NCBI GenBank assembly: GCA_016935115.1
Contig: JAFGRN010000002.1
Span: 3,748-67,747, forward strand
Length of the DNA stretch: 64,000 nucleotides
Direction: 5' to 3'
Source of the DNA: Candidatus Omnitrophota bacterium
GTDB lineage: Bacteria; Omnitrophota; Gorgyraeia; 2-01-FULL-45-10
Position numbers and translations under genes: made by a program. The notes below the pieces were generated by a model. That model was given only the letters and a program-made list of their open reading frames with translations, made no database searches and had not been told where the DNA came from. Positions 20,212 through 30,794 of this stretch are shown here, in pieces (position 1 is the stretch's first letter; each line of letters starts with the position of its first letter).

Positions 20212-21377
20212 TCCCAGATATTATCTTTGGCCCAATTACCGTTTACATCTTTCCACCATACCCGCGGATCCCTGAAGGTATCGGCTATTCTGTCAAACTC
20301 GCTTTCTGACATGCCCACATACGGAAGCCACCGGCGCAGGTCCTTTGACTTGACATGGTCCATACGGCGCACGATCTCGATGGCCTCGGGGCGGGAGATT
20401 CTTCCGGCCCTTATGTCTTTACAGCAATGGTCTGTGGCCCGGCCATACCCGAACTTTATGAACTTCATATAGTCGTGGATACCGTTCTCATGCATATCAT
20501 CCAGATTGGAGAGCGTCCGGTAAGTGCGTTCGAACGGCTCATCAGCGCCTTTGAATCCGTACTTATCCACCATGAGATTGCCATGCTCATTGGCCTCCCA
20601 CTTGAAAAAATTGGATACATATATTCCCCTGACGCCCACTCTCTTGATCTCTTCATCCGAAGGATACATCCACGGTATGAGATCTGCGGGTTTGAGCCCC
20701 TCGGCCAGCTCGGGCCTGCCCAATTTCCGCAGGCCGTCATCGGTCATGTCGTACCACTCGTATCCCCGCAGGCAATGTTCATGACGATAACGATATGTAA
20801 ACTCGACCATGTCCCTGTAGGAGTGCATCCCTCCCAGATCCATGAACCCGTGCTCACCCCATATCATGAGCGGTATATTCATCTGTACAGCAACACGGAT
20901 CGGGTACGTGAATATGCCGGCATGCGCATGCCAGTTCATGTCGCCCATGAGCCTGAACCCTATCCTGTTCAGCTTTATCAGAACATCTATGCTCGGAGTG
21001 AAGAATATGTGATCCACGCCGAATACCTTCCGCATATTGACCAGATTCTCCATGCCCGCGGGGGTATAGTTATTCCCATGATATGTAACAAGCAGGGGGT
21101 TCAGGCCGTAAATCTTCTTTATTATGTGAATCTGATAATAACTGTCCTTTCCGCCGCTCACGGGGATTATGCAGTCGTAATTTCTCCCGTCCTTTGAACG
21201 ATACTCCTCTATCATCTCTTCAAACATTGCCTTGCGCCTGTCCCAATCCACGTGAACCCTTTCAAGCGCCGTACGGCAACCGCTGCAGGTCCCGTTGTCG
21301 TCGAACGCAAGCGGGACCGCCGATGATGCCGGATACACGCATTTTCTGCACCAACGCATCTTTGGGGGCCTGTTCAT
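20208..21377 (-). CDS. N-acetyl sugar amidotransferase (WbuX/PseA family), copy 2
   Basis: CRKCVYP..CSGC, SGGKDSYYQ, WGEHG, KFGYGRATD. Confidence 0.9.
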   Translation of the reverse strand: MNRPPKMRWCRKCVYPASSAVPLAFDDNGTCSGCRTALERVHVDWDRRKAMFEEMIEEYRSKDGRNYDCIIPVSGGKDSYYQIHIIKKIYGLNPLLVTYHGNNYTPAGMENLVNMRKVFGVDHIFFTPSIDVLIKLNRIGFRLMGDMNWHAHAGIFTYPIRVAVQMNIPLMIWGEHGFMDLGGMHSYRDMVEFTYRYRHEHCLRGYEWYDMTDDGLRKLGRPELAEGLKPADLIPWMYPSDEEIKRVGVRGIYVSNFFKWEANEHGNLMVDKYGFKGADEPFERTYRTLSNLDDMHENGIHDYMKFIKFGYGRATDHCCKDIRAGRISRPEAIEIVRRMDHVKSKDLRRWLPYVGMSESEFDRIADTFRDPRVWWKDVNGNWAKDNIWD

Positions 21378-21378
21378 G

Positions 21379-22167
21379 TCAATTCGTCCTCACGCCTATG
21401 CCGTTCCTGATCATATTATCTTTGGCCCTCGGATATGCCATTTCGGTAAAATGAAATATATTGCCGGCCGCGACCGCCGATACCGTGGTATTGCGCGCGA
21501 CATCGATCAGATCGCGGAATGTCCCCGCGCCCCCGCACGCTATCACCGGTATCGTCACGCTCTTCGCCGCTTTTCCGATCATACCGACATCGTAACCGTT
21601 CGCCATCCCGTCCCGGTCGATCGCATTTAAGAATATCTCGCCCGCGCCGCGTTTCTCCGCCTCGACAGCCCAGGCTACAGGATCGAGATCCGTCTCTTCC
21701 GCGCCGCCCTTATAGACCTTCGGAGCGCCGTTCATATACCTGTAATCTATCGAGACGACTATGCATTGCGAACCAAACTCTCTGGCGCTTCTCGTAATGA
21801 ACGACGGGTCCTCGATCGCCGCAGTATTTATCGTGACTTTGTCGGCGCCGCGCCTGATCCTCTCGCGAATGTCCTCGAGTGTCCTGATGCCCCCTCCGAA
21901 TGTGAGCGGCGCGAAGCAGACCTTCGATATTTCACGTATGATATCCAGGATGTTATTCTTTCCCGTCACCCTGAGATCGTCCCGGCGCAGGTCATAATAT
22001 TTCTCCCTGCTGATATCGACATATATGAGCTCGTCGACATTCCAGTCGTTGTAGCGCTTAACCTCGTCGAGCGGGTTGCCCAGGTTCTGATGGTAGCTGA
22101 ACGTCTCGCTCCTGACGATAAGGCCATTCTTCAAAAATAGCACGGGAATGAGCCTGCGTTTCAACAT
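21379..22167 (-). CDS. HisF-like cyclase subunit (WbuZ-like), copy 2
   Basis: RRLIP, PLTFGGGIR, GADKVTINT, GAGEIFLNAIDRDG, ACGGAG. Confidence 0.9.
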   Translation of the reverse strand: MLKRRLIPVLFLKNGLIVRSETFSYHQNLGNPLDEVKRYNDWNVDELIYVDISREKYYDLRRDDLRVTGKNNILDIIREISKVCFAPLTFGGGIRTLEDIRERIRRGADKVTINTAAIEDPSFITRSAREFGSQCIVVSIDYRYMNGAPKVYKGGAEETDLDPVAWAVEAEKRGAGEIFLNAIDRDGMANGYDVGMIGKAAKSVTIPVIACGGAGTFRDLIDVARNTTVSAVAAGNIFHFTEMAYPRAKDNMIRNGIGVRTN

Positions 22168-24195
22168 CTATGCCTCTTCCGCATAACTCATCCGCCTTCT
22201 CATGCCGGGAGTATTGGTATGCCTGAAAAAAGACTGTTTCCATTCCGACGAATTACGAAGCTTCCTGCCTCTTTCATGAATATCGTTAAAGTGCGCTATA
22301 TTGGGAACCGACAATTTCAATCTTACGGGAGCGCATTTGTATCTGCCCAGCCTGTCCCTGTAAGACCCTCTCGCCCAGCTCAAGACATCGTGATTGAGTT
22401 TTATATAGATATTTTCCTCTTCCTTCTTCTCGGGGTTCAGGACCATATTCATGGCCAGCTTCTTCAGATCACGGGCCGCCGAACTGAAATCTCGCGCCTT
22501 GATATCGTCCTTATCGTCCAGCAGGACAGTCATAGCATCTATATATTCGTCGATACCCTTATCAAATTTATCGCCGAATACGAACTCTCCTATAAGCACA
22601 TGCCTGAACCTCGTGGGAGGGAAAGGCTTTTTTGAATCGATGATGGACTTTACATGCCTGTAGACCCCTTCCGTCGATTCGAAATAGACACCCTTCACCT
22701 TTCCGGCATACTCGGAGAAGAGGCCATTGAGTATCGGGTACTTATCAGACGAGCCGATTATTTCATCGAATATCCTTATCGGCTTTATCCCGTAGGTAAA
22801 GCCGTGATAAGCAAGCTCCCTCATATAACCGTAAAATAGCGTGATGGTGACGTAAAAATCGACCGCGTAAAGTTTATAGTGCTCCTCGGCCGTCATATAC
22901 TTCGAGCTCTTGACATGTTCCTCGCATTCACAGATCAGTTCTTCGTCAATAATGGATAGCGCATCCGCGCCCAGGGTGAAGTGTGATTCAAAACCATGTT
23001 TAGCCCTGCTATCCTTCGAAGCAAGCTCCGTGTTAGGCAAAAGCCACACTTCATGGCAGCCTACGCCATCGACCCGCAGTTCATATACATCGTTCACGCA
23101 CCTGGTAAAAGTTTCGTATGTCTCTCCGGGAAATCCGTGCAGGATCTCGGTTCCGGTAACCATATTATTCTCTTTAGCCCAACGGAACGCTTCGGACATC
23201 TCCTTCATCGAACAGTTTCTTCTGTTGATGTTTTTAAGAACCTCGGGAGTGGTCGACTGCAGGCTGATATTGTACGGTATGTGCTCCTTAAGCGCCAGGG
23301 CTACCCTCCTTACGCGGTCGTTCGTCGCTTTGTCCGTGTAGACCTTCAATGCTTCCGGATACCCTTCCTTTGAATATAGCCTTCCTATGAATTCGGCCAA
23401 TTCCACATCCCGGTCCAGGATGCCCAGATTATCGTCGGTGATGCGAAAGCTGCGGTTCTTTGCATGCTTCTTGATATAGAGGATCTCGTCCTTCGCCCTC
23501 TCCAGCGAAAAAGGACGGATCTTCGAATAAACTTTCTCTCCGGAAACACAGTAGGAACAGCGGTACGGGCATCCCCGCATCGTCTGAATAACCGGCATGA
23601 GCATTGGATCGCCTAAAAATTCATCCGTAGCTCCCGTCAAATAAGGTGAGGGTATCTCGTTGACATCCCCGAGAAGCGGCAGCAACAGGCCAGACGATAA
23701 CCGGCCCCTATCGTATGTAAAACAACCCTGAATCGGATCTGAAAATATGTTCTGTCTCGAAAGCGCGCCCATCACACGCTCCAGAAGACGAACCATCGGC
23801 AGCTCGCCTTCATACGGAATGTACACGTCAAACAAGCCGCCGTATCTATCGGCATAACGCTCTCTTATATTACCCTCGTTCGCCGGGATATTTAACCCCC
23901 CTGCCACAAGAATGGCATCCGGATGCATTCTTCGGACAGCCCTTGCGAACCATATGCTGAGATTTTCATTCCACGCGTATATACCGAACCCCGCTACATC
24001 GGGTTTCTCTATCTTTATCCTCTCGAGCAGCGCGTCGGGATAACGAAATGTGCGGATCTCCACGCCACCCTTAAAGTGCTTTTGAAGCATCGCCTTGACG
24101 TAAGAGATACCTATGGGAACCGTCGACGGGCTGATGTTGAAATAGGTATGCCCCAGGTCTGCTAAAAATATTTTCAAACGCGCTTTCGTATCCAC
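22168..24195 (-). CDS. Cobalamin-dependent radical SAM enzyme (long type, 675 aa)
   Basis: ADLGH..PIGISYV, YAWN, EGE, TMRGCPYRCSYC, GFPGET. Confidence 0.9.
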   Translation of the reverse strand: MDTKARLKIFLADLGHTYFNISPSTVPIGISYVKAMLQKHFKGGVEIRTFRYPDALLERIKIEKPDVAGFGIYAWNENLSIWFARAVRRMHPDAILVAGGLNIPANEGNIRERYADRYGGLFDVYIPYEGELPMVRLLERVMGALSRQNIFSDPIQGCFTYDRGRLSSGLLLPLLGDVNEIPSPYLTGATDEFLGDPMLMPVIQTMRGCPYRCSYCVSGEKVYSKIRPFSLERAKDEILYIKKHAKNRSFRITDDNLGILDRDVELAEFIGRLYSKEGYPEALKVYTDKATNDRVRRVALALKEHIPYNISLQSTTPEVLKNINRRNCSMKEMSEAFRWAKENNMVTGTEILHGFPGETYETFTRCVNDVYELRVDGVGCHEVWLLPNTELASKDSRAKHGFESHFTLGADALSIIDEELICECEEHVKSSKYMTAEEHYKLYAVDFYVTITLFYGYMRELAYHGFTYGIKPIRIFDEIIGSSDKYPILNGLFSEYAGKVKGVYFESTEGVYRHVKSIIDSKKPFPPTRFRHVLIGEFVFGDKFDKGIDEYIDAMTVLLDDKDDIKARDFSSAARDLKKLAMNMVLNPEKKEEENIYIKLNHDVLSWARGSYRDRLGRYKCAPVRLKLSVPNIAHFNDIHERGRKLRNSSEWKQSFFRHTNTPGMRRRMSYAEEA

Positions 24196-24208
24196 ACTCG
24201 CTCCGACG

Positions 24209-24832
24209 TTAACAGCAGACGGCCTCTTTTACCTCCGCGAACCGCCTGAGAATACCCAACCCCGCAGCCTGACTCTTCTCGGGATGAAACTGCACCGCAT
24301 AGATATTGCCTTTTTCAATCATGGCCGTAAACTCCAATCCGTAACGGCACGTTGCTGTAATTATCCGGCTATCCGCGGTATCGACATAATAGCTGTGGAC
24401 AAAGTACATGTCCGGGCTGCCGGAGGCATCGAGGAGGCGGTTACCGCGCCTGACTGTTATATCATCCCATCCCATATGGGGTATGCAGACACCCGTATTA
24501 TCCGGGATGCGCCTTACAACAGCGTCTATCCATCCGAGCCCATCATGGCGCCCGAACTCGAAACTCTCCCTGCATATGAGCTGCATGCCGAGGCATATGC
24601 CTAAAAACGGCTTATTCTGTTCTATAACCTCTTCCCGGAGCGCTTCAATGAATCCTCTTTTTCGGAGCGCTTCCATGCCGACACCGAATGCCCCTACTCC
24701 TGGGAGGACTATCCTGGAACAGGCGGAGAGATCATCCCTCTTTTCAATTACCTGGGCGGCGGCGCCGACATATTCGAAACCGTTAAGCACCGACTGGACA
24801 TTGCCCATACCATAATCAATAATACCTATCAT
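24209..24832 (-). CDS. hisH: HisH-like glutamine amidotransferase (WbuY-like), copy 2
   Basis: DYGMGN, LPGVGAF, GICLGMQ, YFVHSY, QFHPEKSQ. Confidence 0.9.
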   Translation of the reverse strand: MIGIIDYGMGNVQSVLNGFEYVGAAAQVIEKRDDLSACSRIVLPGVGAFGVGMEALRKRGFIEALREEVIEQNKPFLGICLGMQLICRESFEFGRHDGLGWIDAVVRRIPDNTGVCIPHMGWDDITVRRGNRLLDASGSPDMYFVHSYYVDTADSRIITATCRYGLEFTAMIEKGNIYAVQFHPEKSQAAGLGILRRFAEVKEAVCC

Positions 24833-24834
24833 TG

Positions 24835-25881
24835 TTATCCTTTACCGGATCTGCCGGAATAAAAATGAGAGAGCTTCAGCGGTGTCCCGCGGCGAAGCGC
24901 CCTGCCGGCACGTTTTCCTATAACCGTCTTGATATGCACCGGAGCGATGCCATTAGCCGGGCGTATCGAACGGATATTGCCGGCCGTCAGGAGAGCTCCC
25001 TTCTTTATATCCTCTACGATAAAGAGCGACCTGCGGAATATGCGATTCTTCTTCTCCCCGGCGGTGAGCTTATAGGACACATCCCCCGACGCCTTCTCGG
25101 CTGTACGCACATCCTGCACCAGCTGCTTCATCTCATCCGGCTCAAGCGAGAAAAAACTGTCGGGTGTCTTCATCGCCCTGGATAGCGTGAAATGCTTCTC
25201 TATGACCGATGCGCCGAGCGCTACCGCTACAACCGGCACTACAGCGCTCAGGCTGTGATCGGAAAGGCCGATGGGGCATCCGAAGCGGGAGCGCATGTCC
25301 GGTATGGTCCTCAGGTTCATCTCTTCGGGAACGGCCGGATAACTGCTGACGCATTTCAGGAGTGTGATGGACCCCGCGCCATGCGAACGCGCAGCCGTAA
25401 CCGCCGCGCGAACCTCTTTCCTGCTGGCCATTCCAGTAGACATAATCAGCGGCTTCTTCGTTCCGGATACGTACTCGATCAATGGTATGTCGATGAGCTC
25501 AAAAGACGCTATCTTGTGCGTCGAAACGCCGAGCTCCTCCAGAAAATCCACGGAAGTAGGGTCAAAAGCGGTCGACAGAAATCCCAGCCCTTGGTCGTCC
25601 GCCTCTTTCTTCAGCTTTTTGAACCACTTCCATGGCGTATACGCCTTGCGGTACAACTCATACAACGTCTGGCCTCCCCATCTGGGATGGTCTATCCTGA
25701 AGTGCCCGAGCGCGCTGTCTATCGTAAGCGTATCTGGCGTATAGGTCTGAAATTTCACCGCATCTACACCGCACGCCCTGGAAGCGCGTATGAGCTTAAT
25801 AGCAGTCCCTATGTTCTGGCCGTGATTGGCGGAAATTTCGGCTATGATAAATGTTTTCTTATCTCTGGATACATTCTTCAT
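24835..25881 (-). CDS. pseI: Pseudaminic acid synthase-like nonulosonate synthase (PseI)
   Basis: IIAEISANH, QTYTPDTLT, WGGQTLYELY, KIASFE, LLKCVSSYP, GLSDH, DSFFSLEP, RRSLF. Confidence 0.9.
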   Translation of the reverse strand: MKNVSRDKKTFIIAEISANHGQNIGTAIKLIRASRACGVDAVKFQTYTPDTLTIDSALGHFRIDHPRWGGQTLYELYRKAYTPWKWFKKLKKEADDQGLGFLSTAFDPTSVDFLEELGVSTHKIASFELIDIPLIEYVSGTKKPLIMSTGMASRKEVRAAVTAARSHGAGSITLLKCVSSYPAVPEEMNLRTIPDMRSRFGCPIGLSDHSLSAVVPVVAVALGASVIEKHFTLSRAMKTPDSFFSLEPDEMKQLVQDVRTAEKASGDVSYKLTAGEKKNRIFRRSLFIVEDIKKGALLTAGNIRSIRPANGIAPVHIKTVIGKRAGRALRRGTPLKLSHFYSGRSGKG

Positions 25882-25884
25882 CGA

Positions 25885-27117
25885 TCAGGCAGCCTGTTGT
25901 TTAATGTCTTCTTTTGTCGGTTTATATGCCATAAAATACATCATCCCGAGTCCGTTCGTACCTTTGAATATATGCCTTGATCCCAATATCCTCTTTTTAA
26001 TAGCAACCTTATCTTTACGTTTCAGGGGCCTGATGATAGCGCAAAGCTCCCTGAAGAATGGATCCTGTTTTTTGCCAATACGCCTCATTAAATCGACCTT
26101 GCCGACCGCCGAACGATACCTGCGTATCATGTCAAGAAAACTATCACAATTAAATGGTGAATTAGGAGAAAAATCATTAACATAGTCTATGAGATCGTAC
26201 TGTGTTTCGGCCAGTTTCCGGAATGAATCCAGAAGCCATGGGACCTCTTTAATATCGTCCCTCTTATGAGTCATCCAGAGCGCTTCCGCCAGGACGCCTA
26301 TGTCCGGATACCTCTGTGCCATGGTCGTCGGGCGCATGCCGGAATCTCCGAACACGGGTAACAGGATGGGTGGATACGACGAATAGTACCTGAGACCCTT
26401 ATCCGACATCCATTTGAGCACTTCCGACACGGCAGGATAATCGGTCTTGGGATTTACAAATTCGTCATAGATAATCGCCCGGCGCGTCCTCTTGCCGAAT
26501 TTCTGGGCCCTGGAGATATCTTCACGGAACAATTCCTCGGCTACGTCAACTATATCTTCCTCTGTCCTGGCAAAACGGAATATTATCGCCCTCTGGAGCA
26601 TCCTCTGGAAACAACCAGCTTTGGAGTTTATTCCGAGGAAAAGATATCCTCCTTCTTTCAGGTGATCATTCATTATCGAAAAAGCGCCTTCTTTGTCGGA
26701 GGTGTGATGAATCGCTCCGTTGGACACGACGATATCGTACTTTTTCCTATCACTGAAGTCGAAGATGGATGAATTGATAATCTTATGTTTTTTCGGATGC
26801 GGCGCGAACTTATCGAAGATCATCCTTGCCCGGGCGCATGCCAGGTCATTCATCTCTACGAGCGTGCAGGTAGCCCCCCACCTTGCGTACTGGACGGTGT
26901 TCTCCCCAGTCCCCGCGCCGAGGTCTATGAGCGTCTTGCCAAGGAACATATCGATGGGAAAATGCAGGAGATCCCTGAATAGCCTGACTCGCTTGCTTTC
27001 CCAGCTGTGAAAATCTTTCTGCGACCTGTCGATGAAATAAGTTGAAGGATTCTCCTTCCTGTATACCTTAAGCACTCTCTTCTCCATCGACCTGGTCTTT
27101 TTTGCTGTCATACGCAT
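25885..27117 (-). CDS. Class I SAM-dependent methyltransferase
   Basis: IDLGAGTGE, LVEMN, GAIHHT, LKEGG. Confidence 0.8.
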   Translation of the reverse strand: MRMTAKKTRSMEKRVLKVYRKENPSTYFIDRSQKDFHSWESKRVRLFRDLLHFPIDMFLGKTLIDLGAGTGENTVQYARWGATCTLVEMNDLACARARMIFDKFAPHPKKHKIINSSIFDFSDRKKYDIVVSNGAIHHTSDKEGAFSIMNDHLKEGGYLFLGINSKAGCFQRMLQRAIIFRFARTEEDIVDVAEELFREDISRAQKFGKRTRRAIIYDEFVNPKTDYPAVSEVLKWMSDKGLRYYSSYPPILLPVFGDSGMRPTTMAQRYPDIGVLAEALWMTHKRDDIKEVPWLLDSFRKLAETQYDLIDYVNDFSPNSPFNCDSFLDMIRRYRSAVGKVDLMRRIGKKQDPFFRELCAIIRPLKRKDKVAIKKRILGSRHIFKGTNGLGMMYFMAYKPTKEDIKQQAA

Positions 27118-27118
27118 C

Positions 27119-28867
27119 CTATGTGTTTAAGACATCATCCTTGTCATTAACAACAAGATAATTCTCCATCGCCAGATATTTCAATCCACTGTCCCGGAAT
27201 GCCCTGAGAGCGTCGTTCGGCGTGCAAACTATAGGCTCCTCATGCATGTTGAAGCTGGTATTAATGAGGCTCGGGTTCCCGGTGAGCCTGTAATATTGAG
27301 TGAGGATCTTATGGAACGACGGGTTTGAATTGCGGGATACTAATTGCGGCCTGGCTGTCCCGTCGACATGCACCACACCGGGCGAGTGCTTCTTCATCCA
27401 TGGCGTGCAATCAAATGTGGTGGTCATATGCAGGGCCCGTTCCTTATAATTCGCGATCCTCCTATAGCATTTTTCGGCCGCTTCCCACAGGGTCGCCGGA
27501 GCAAAGGGCATAAACTCGCTTCTCCTGAGGGCTTTATTGAGCCAATCATTGACGGTTCTGTCCATAGTTCCGTACAGTATAGTGCGGTTGCCGAGAGCCC
27601 GTGGGCCATATTCCATTCTTCCCGCAAAACGCATTATGCAATTATTATCCTTCAAAAGCTCCGCTATCCTGACTTCAATATCCGAATGATAGGAAGACGA
27701 ATATCCGAACCTCCTGATCTCTGAAAGAACTTCCCTGTCGCCGAACTTCGGCCCCCTGTAAAGAGATCCTATCTTTACGGGCTTAAGCCTCTTCTGAAGG
27801 GCATAATAGTAGAGGGCGCTGCCGGCCGACATCCCGCCGTCTCCCATCTGCGGATAGACAAACAGGTCTTTTATCCCGGCCTTCTCCCTTATCTTCTGAT
27901 TCAATAATACGTTGGCAAATATACCGCCCGCAACCGTGACCTTCGAACCTTTTGGAATCAGGTCATTCACATACTCGAGGACAACCCTTTCCAGGACACG
28001 CTGGGCCGCCGCGGCGACATCTTCGCGCTTATATTTTTTCACGATCTCCTCAAGACGGGTATTTTCAAACTTTGCCGCGTACAGGCCGGCCTCAAAACCC
28101 CCTTCAAAAGCTTTTCTGACCCCGTTATAAGAGATCATCTTTCTCATCCACGGCATGGCCCTGTCGGCATCTCCGAGGGCGGCAAGCCCCAGCACCTTAC
28201 CCTCGTGGCGATGAGGGATGAATCCGAGGGCCTTTGTAACACTGCCATAAAAATACCCGAGCGAATCGAAAGAGTTCGACAAAGCTATCTTTTCTATGCG
28301 TCCCTTGCTTCCGCGGCACAGGATGTTGGACTCCATCTCACCCCAGCCATCCGCGGTCATTACATAGCAATCGTCCCAACCGCTGGCATAGTAGGCGGAG
28401 GCAGCATGGGACATATGATGCTCCACCACCTTTATCGGTTTCTTGAATTTTTTGAATTGCCGGATAAGGCTTATATTTCGCTCGAAAACTACGTGTTTCT
28501 CGTGCTCATAGCGCTCGCGGATCTCCTTCAGTTTATACGCCTTGAGATCCTTTGAAAGACACGATTTGCTTATCTTATCCTCAACGTACGAGAACTTATC
28601 GCGCATAAGCCCGACTTCGGCATCCAGGCCGTGATTGATAAATTCTATCCCATCCTCGCTGGAACAGTATCCCTGCGTCGCGATAACATCGACATCCTTC
28701 ATGGATATTCCCGCGTCACGAAGCACCCACTCTATCGAGCGCCGGGGAATCCCGTAGAAGAGCTTAACCCTGTTAAGCCGTTCCTCGTTTATCACACTGA
28801 CGAGCTTCCCGTTCTTTACGATGCATGCTCCCGCATCAGACAGATAGCTTATACCAAGTATGATCAA
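27119..28867 (-). CDS. Carbamoyltransferase (NodU/CmcH family)
   Basis: EERLNRVK, EHHMSHAASA, DGWGE, EGKVLGLAA, EYGPRALGNR, FMPFAP, HVDGTARPQ, NTSFNMHEEPIV. Confidence 0.93.
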   Translation of the reverse strand: MIILGISYLSDAGACIVKNGKLVSVINEERLNRVKLFYGIPRRSIEWVLRDAGISMKDVDVIATQGYCSSEDGIEFINHGLDAEVGLMRDKFSYVEDKISKSCLSKDLKAYKLKEIRERYEHEKHVVFERNISLIRQFKKFKKPIKVVEHHMSHAASAYYASGWDDCYVMTADGWGEMESNILCRGSKGRIEKIALSNSFDSLGYFYGSVTKALGFIPHRHEGKVLGLAALGDADRAMPWMRKMISYNGVRKAFEGGFEAGLYAAKFENTRLEEIVKKYKREDVAAAAQRVLERVVLEYVNDLIPKGSKVTVAGGIFANVLLNQKIREKAGIKDLFVYPQMGDGGMSAGSALYYYALQKRLKPVKIGSLYRGPKFGDREVLSEIRRFGYSSSYHSDIEVRIAELLKDNNCIMRFAGRMEYGPRALGNRTILYGTMDRTVNDWLNKALRRSEFMPFAPATLWEAAEKCYRRIANYKERALHMTTTFDCTPWMKKHSPGVVHVDGTARPQLVSRNSNPSFHKILTQYYRLTGNPSLINTSFNMHEEPIVCTPNDALRAFRDSGLKYLAMENYLVVNDKDDVLNT

Positions 28868-29877
28868 TTTGGCCCATCTCCTCTTTCAAGCAGAATCTTA
28901 TTGAGAGCGGAATATGCGCGATCGGGGCTCTTGCCGTCTATGATGCGCTGGCCTATCTCAGAACACCTGCGGCGTTCCTGCCTGGGCATCAGGCCCATGA
29001 CGCATCTGCGCACATTTTCAATTATCTCGGGATCGTCATGCCATCCGGCAAATGTCATAAATCCGGCGGCTTCCCAGCCGGAAAGGTTCACTTTCTGATT
29101 ATCGGCGACGCCGATACCCACCGTAGGGACACCCATAGACGCCAGTTCATAGAGCGTCTGCCCGCCGGCCGATATGGAGATGTCCGCCTTTCCCATGGCA
29201 TCTCTCATGGCCCGGGCATCAGGATGATAGATCAGCTCCACGCCATTTCCGGTCAGCTGTTCTATCCTCCCGACCTCTTTAAAACCTTTTCCCACAATTA
29301 CCAGCACCGACAGTTCCGGAAATCCGGAGCGGAACATCTCCAGAACGCGCGGCGTCATCCGCCGCATATCCTCCCCACCGAATGTAATGAGCGCGGTTTC
29401 AGGCAGAGCCGGTATGTCCTTTTTGGGAGCTTTCCGGAATTCGCTTCGCAGGAAGGCGTACTGCGCGCCGAGAATGTAACTCATCTCCTCTCTTTTGGGA
29501 TAACCCAGTTTCTCCGAGGATATGGCGCCGTTAAGTACCACTCCTTTCGGATAATCCATCCTTTTGAAATCGTCAATATATACGGCGCATCCGGCCTCAT
29601 CGGAAACCCTTTTGTAAAAACTTCTTCCGGCCAGGTAAGAATCCAATATCACCATATCGGAATCTCGCACGTATCCGAAGAATCTATCAGCCTCATTGAT
29701 CCAGTCAAATACATGCAGGCGCTTTCCGCTTACCAGATCCGCCACTGCTTCGTCTCCGTTTATGATGAAGAACGGCTCGTCCCCATTATCCTCAAATACC
29801 TCGTACAGGGATATACACCTGGTTATATGCCCGAAGCCTATACTCGCGCTTCCTTCGGTAATGATACCGACTTTCAT
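28864..29877 (-). CDS. pseG: PseG-like UDP-sugar hydrolase
   Basis: IGFGHITRC, LDSY, YIDD, TFGGED, SAGGQTLYE, ADNQ; ATGA-coupled start at 29877 (ORF track 29913). Confidence 0.85.
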   Translation of the reverse strand: MKVGIITEGSASIGFGHITRCISLYEVFEDNGDEPFFIINGDEAVADLVSGKRLHVFDWINEADRFFGYVRDSDMVILDSYLAGRSFYKRVSDEAGCAVYIDDFKRMDYPKGVVLNGAISSEKLGYPKREEMSYILGAQYAFLRSEFRKAPKKDIPALPETALITFGGEDMRRMTPRVLEMFRSGFPELSVLVIVGKGFKEVGRIEQLTGNGVELIYHPDARAMRDAMGKADISISAGGQTLYELASMGVPTVGIGVADNQKVNLSGWEAAGFMTFAGWHDDPEIIENVRRCVMGLMPRQERRRCSEIGQRIIDGKSPDRAYSALNKILLERGDGPN

Positions 29878-30794
29878 CCCACGGCGATCCATATTTTGTC
29901 CTCTTTGCACCACTTATCCAGCTCTTCATCTATGTAGGGCATGGGCCCGAGCATCTTCTCCGCTCTAGAAACATCCAGGGTCGTATTTTTAGGGCGCCGC
30001 GCGGTAAAACGCTCTTCATCTATGCTCTTCGGCGTTATTAGGGCCGGATCGAGCCCTAACCTTCTTGCGATACGGCATCCCAGGTCGTACTTGCTCACTC
30101 CGTCGCGGGCACCGAGATGCAGGCATCCTGTAAGTCCCGATCGGATCAGCCTCATGATAAATCCCGCATATGTCATTATATCGAGCGGCGCAAATATTAC
30201 ATCCGTAAACATGTTTATAGGAATCCCCGACCGTAAACTCCGCGCAACCCATTCCGCCAGCGAGTCTTCGCGCGTATGGCGGTGACCGATGATATTCGAC
30301 CGTAATATGAGATAATCTCCGGCGCTTTTCCTGACCTGCCGCTCACCCTCGAGCTTTGACATGGCATAATTATTTATCGGATTCGGCTTATCATCTTCAC
30401 TGTACATGCCCATGGCCCCGTCAAATACGGAGTCAGTCGATATATAGACAAACTTTATGTCCGGCGCTGCCGATTCGGCAAGGTACGCCGCCGAATCGGC
30501 ATTCACGGAGAGCGCCATTTCGTAGTTCTTTTCGCATATGTCAACATTCGTAAGGGCCGCGCAATGCACTATGACGTCCGGTTTAGTCCTGGTAACCATA
30601 TCCCGCACCGCTGATCTGTCGCAGATATCCACATTGAATGATTCCGCGGCATCCGTACTTTTAAGCGTTCTGGAGACGCTCATCGTATGATATTCTGTAT
30701 TCAGCATTCTGATCAGGGCGGCCCCCAGCATACCGGTACCTCCGACGATAAGCGCTCGGCCGCCCACTCTACGCAACCGCCTTCTGCTCGACAT
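29874..30794 (-). CDS. RmlD-like NDP-4-keto-6-deoxyhexose reductase
   Basis: GGTGMLG, HCAALTNVDICE, YISTDSVFDG, NPINNYAMSKLEGE, RRPKNTTLD; probable GTG start at 30767. Confidence 0.85.
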   Translation of the reverse strand: MSSRRRLRRVGGRALIVGGTGMLGAALIRMLNTEYHTMSVSRTLKSTDAAESFNVDICDRSAVRDMVTRTKPDVIVHCAALTNVDICEKNYEMALSVNADSAAYLAESAAPDIKFVYISTDSVFDGAMGMYSEDDKPNPINNYAMSKLEGERQVRKSAGDYLILRSNIIGHRHTREDSLAEWVARSLRSGIPINMFTDVIFAPLDIMTYAGFIMRLIRSGLTGCLHLGARDGVSKYDLGCRIARRLGLDPALITPKSIDEERFTARRPKNTTLDVSRAEKMLGPMPYIDEELDKWCKEDKIWIAVG

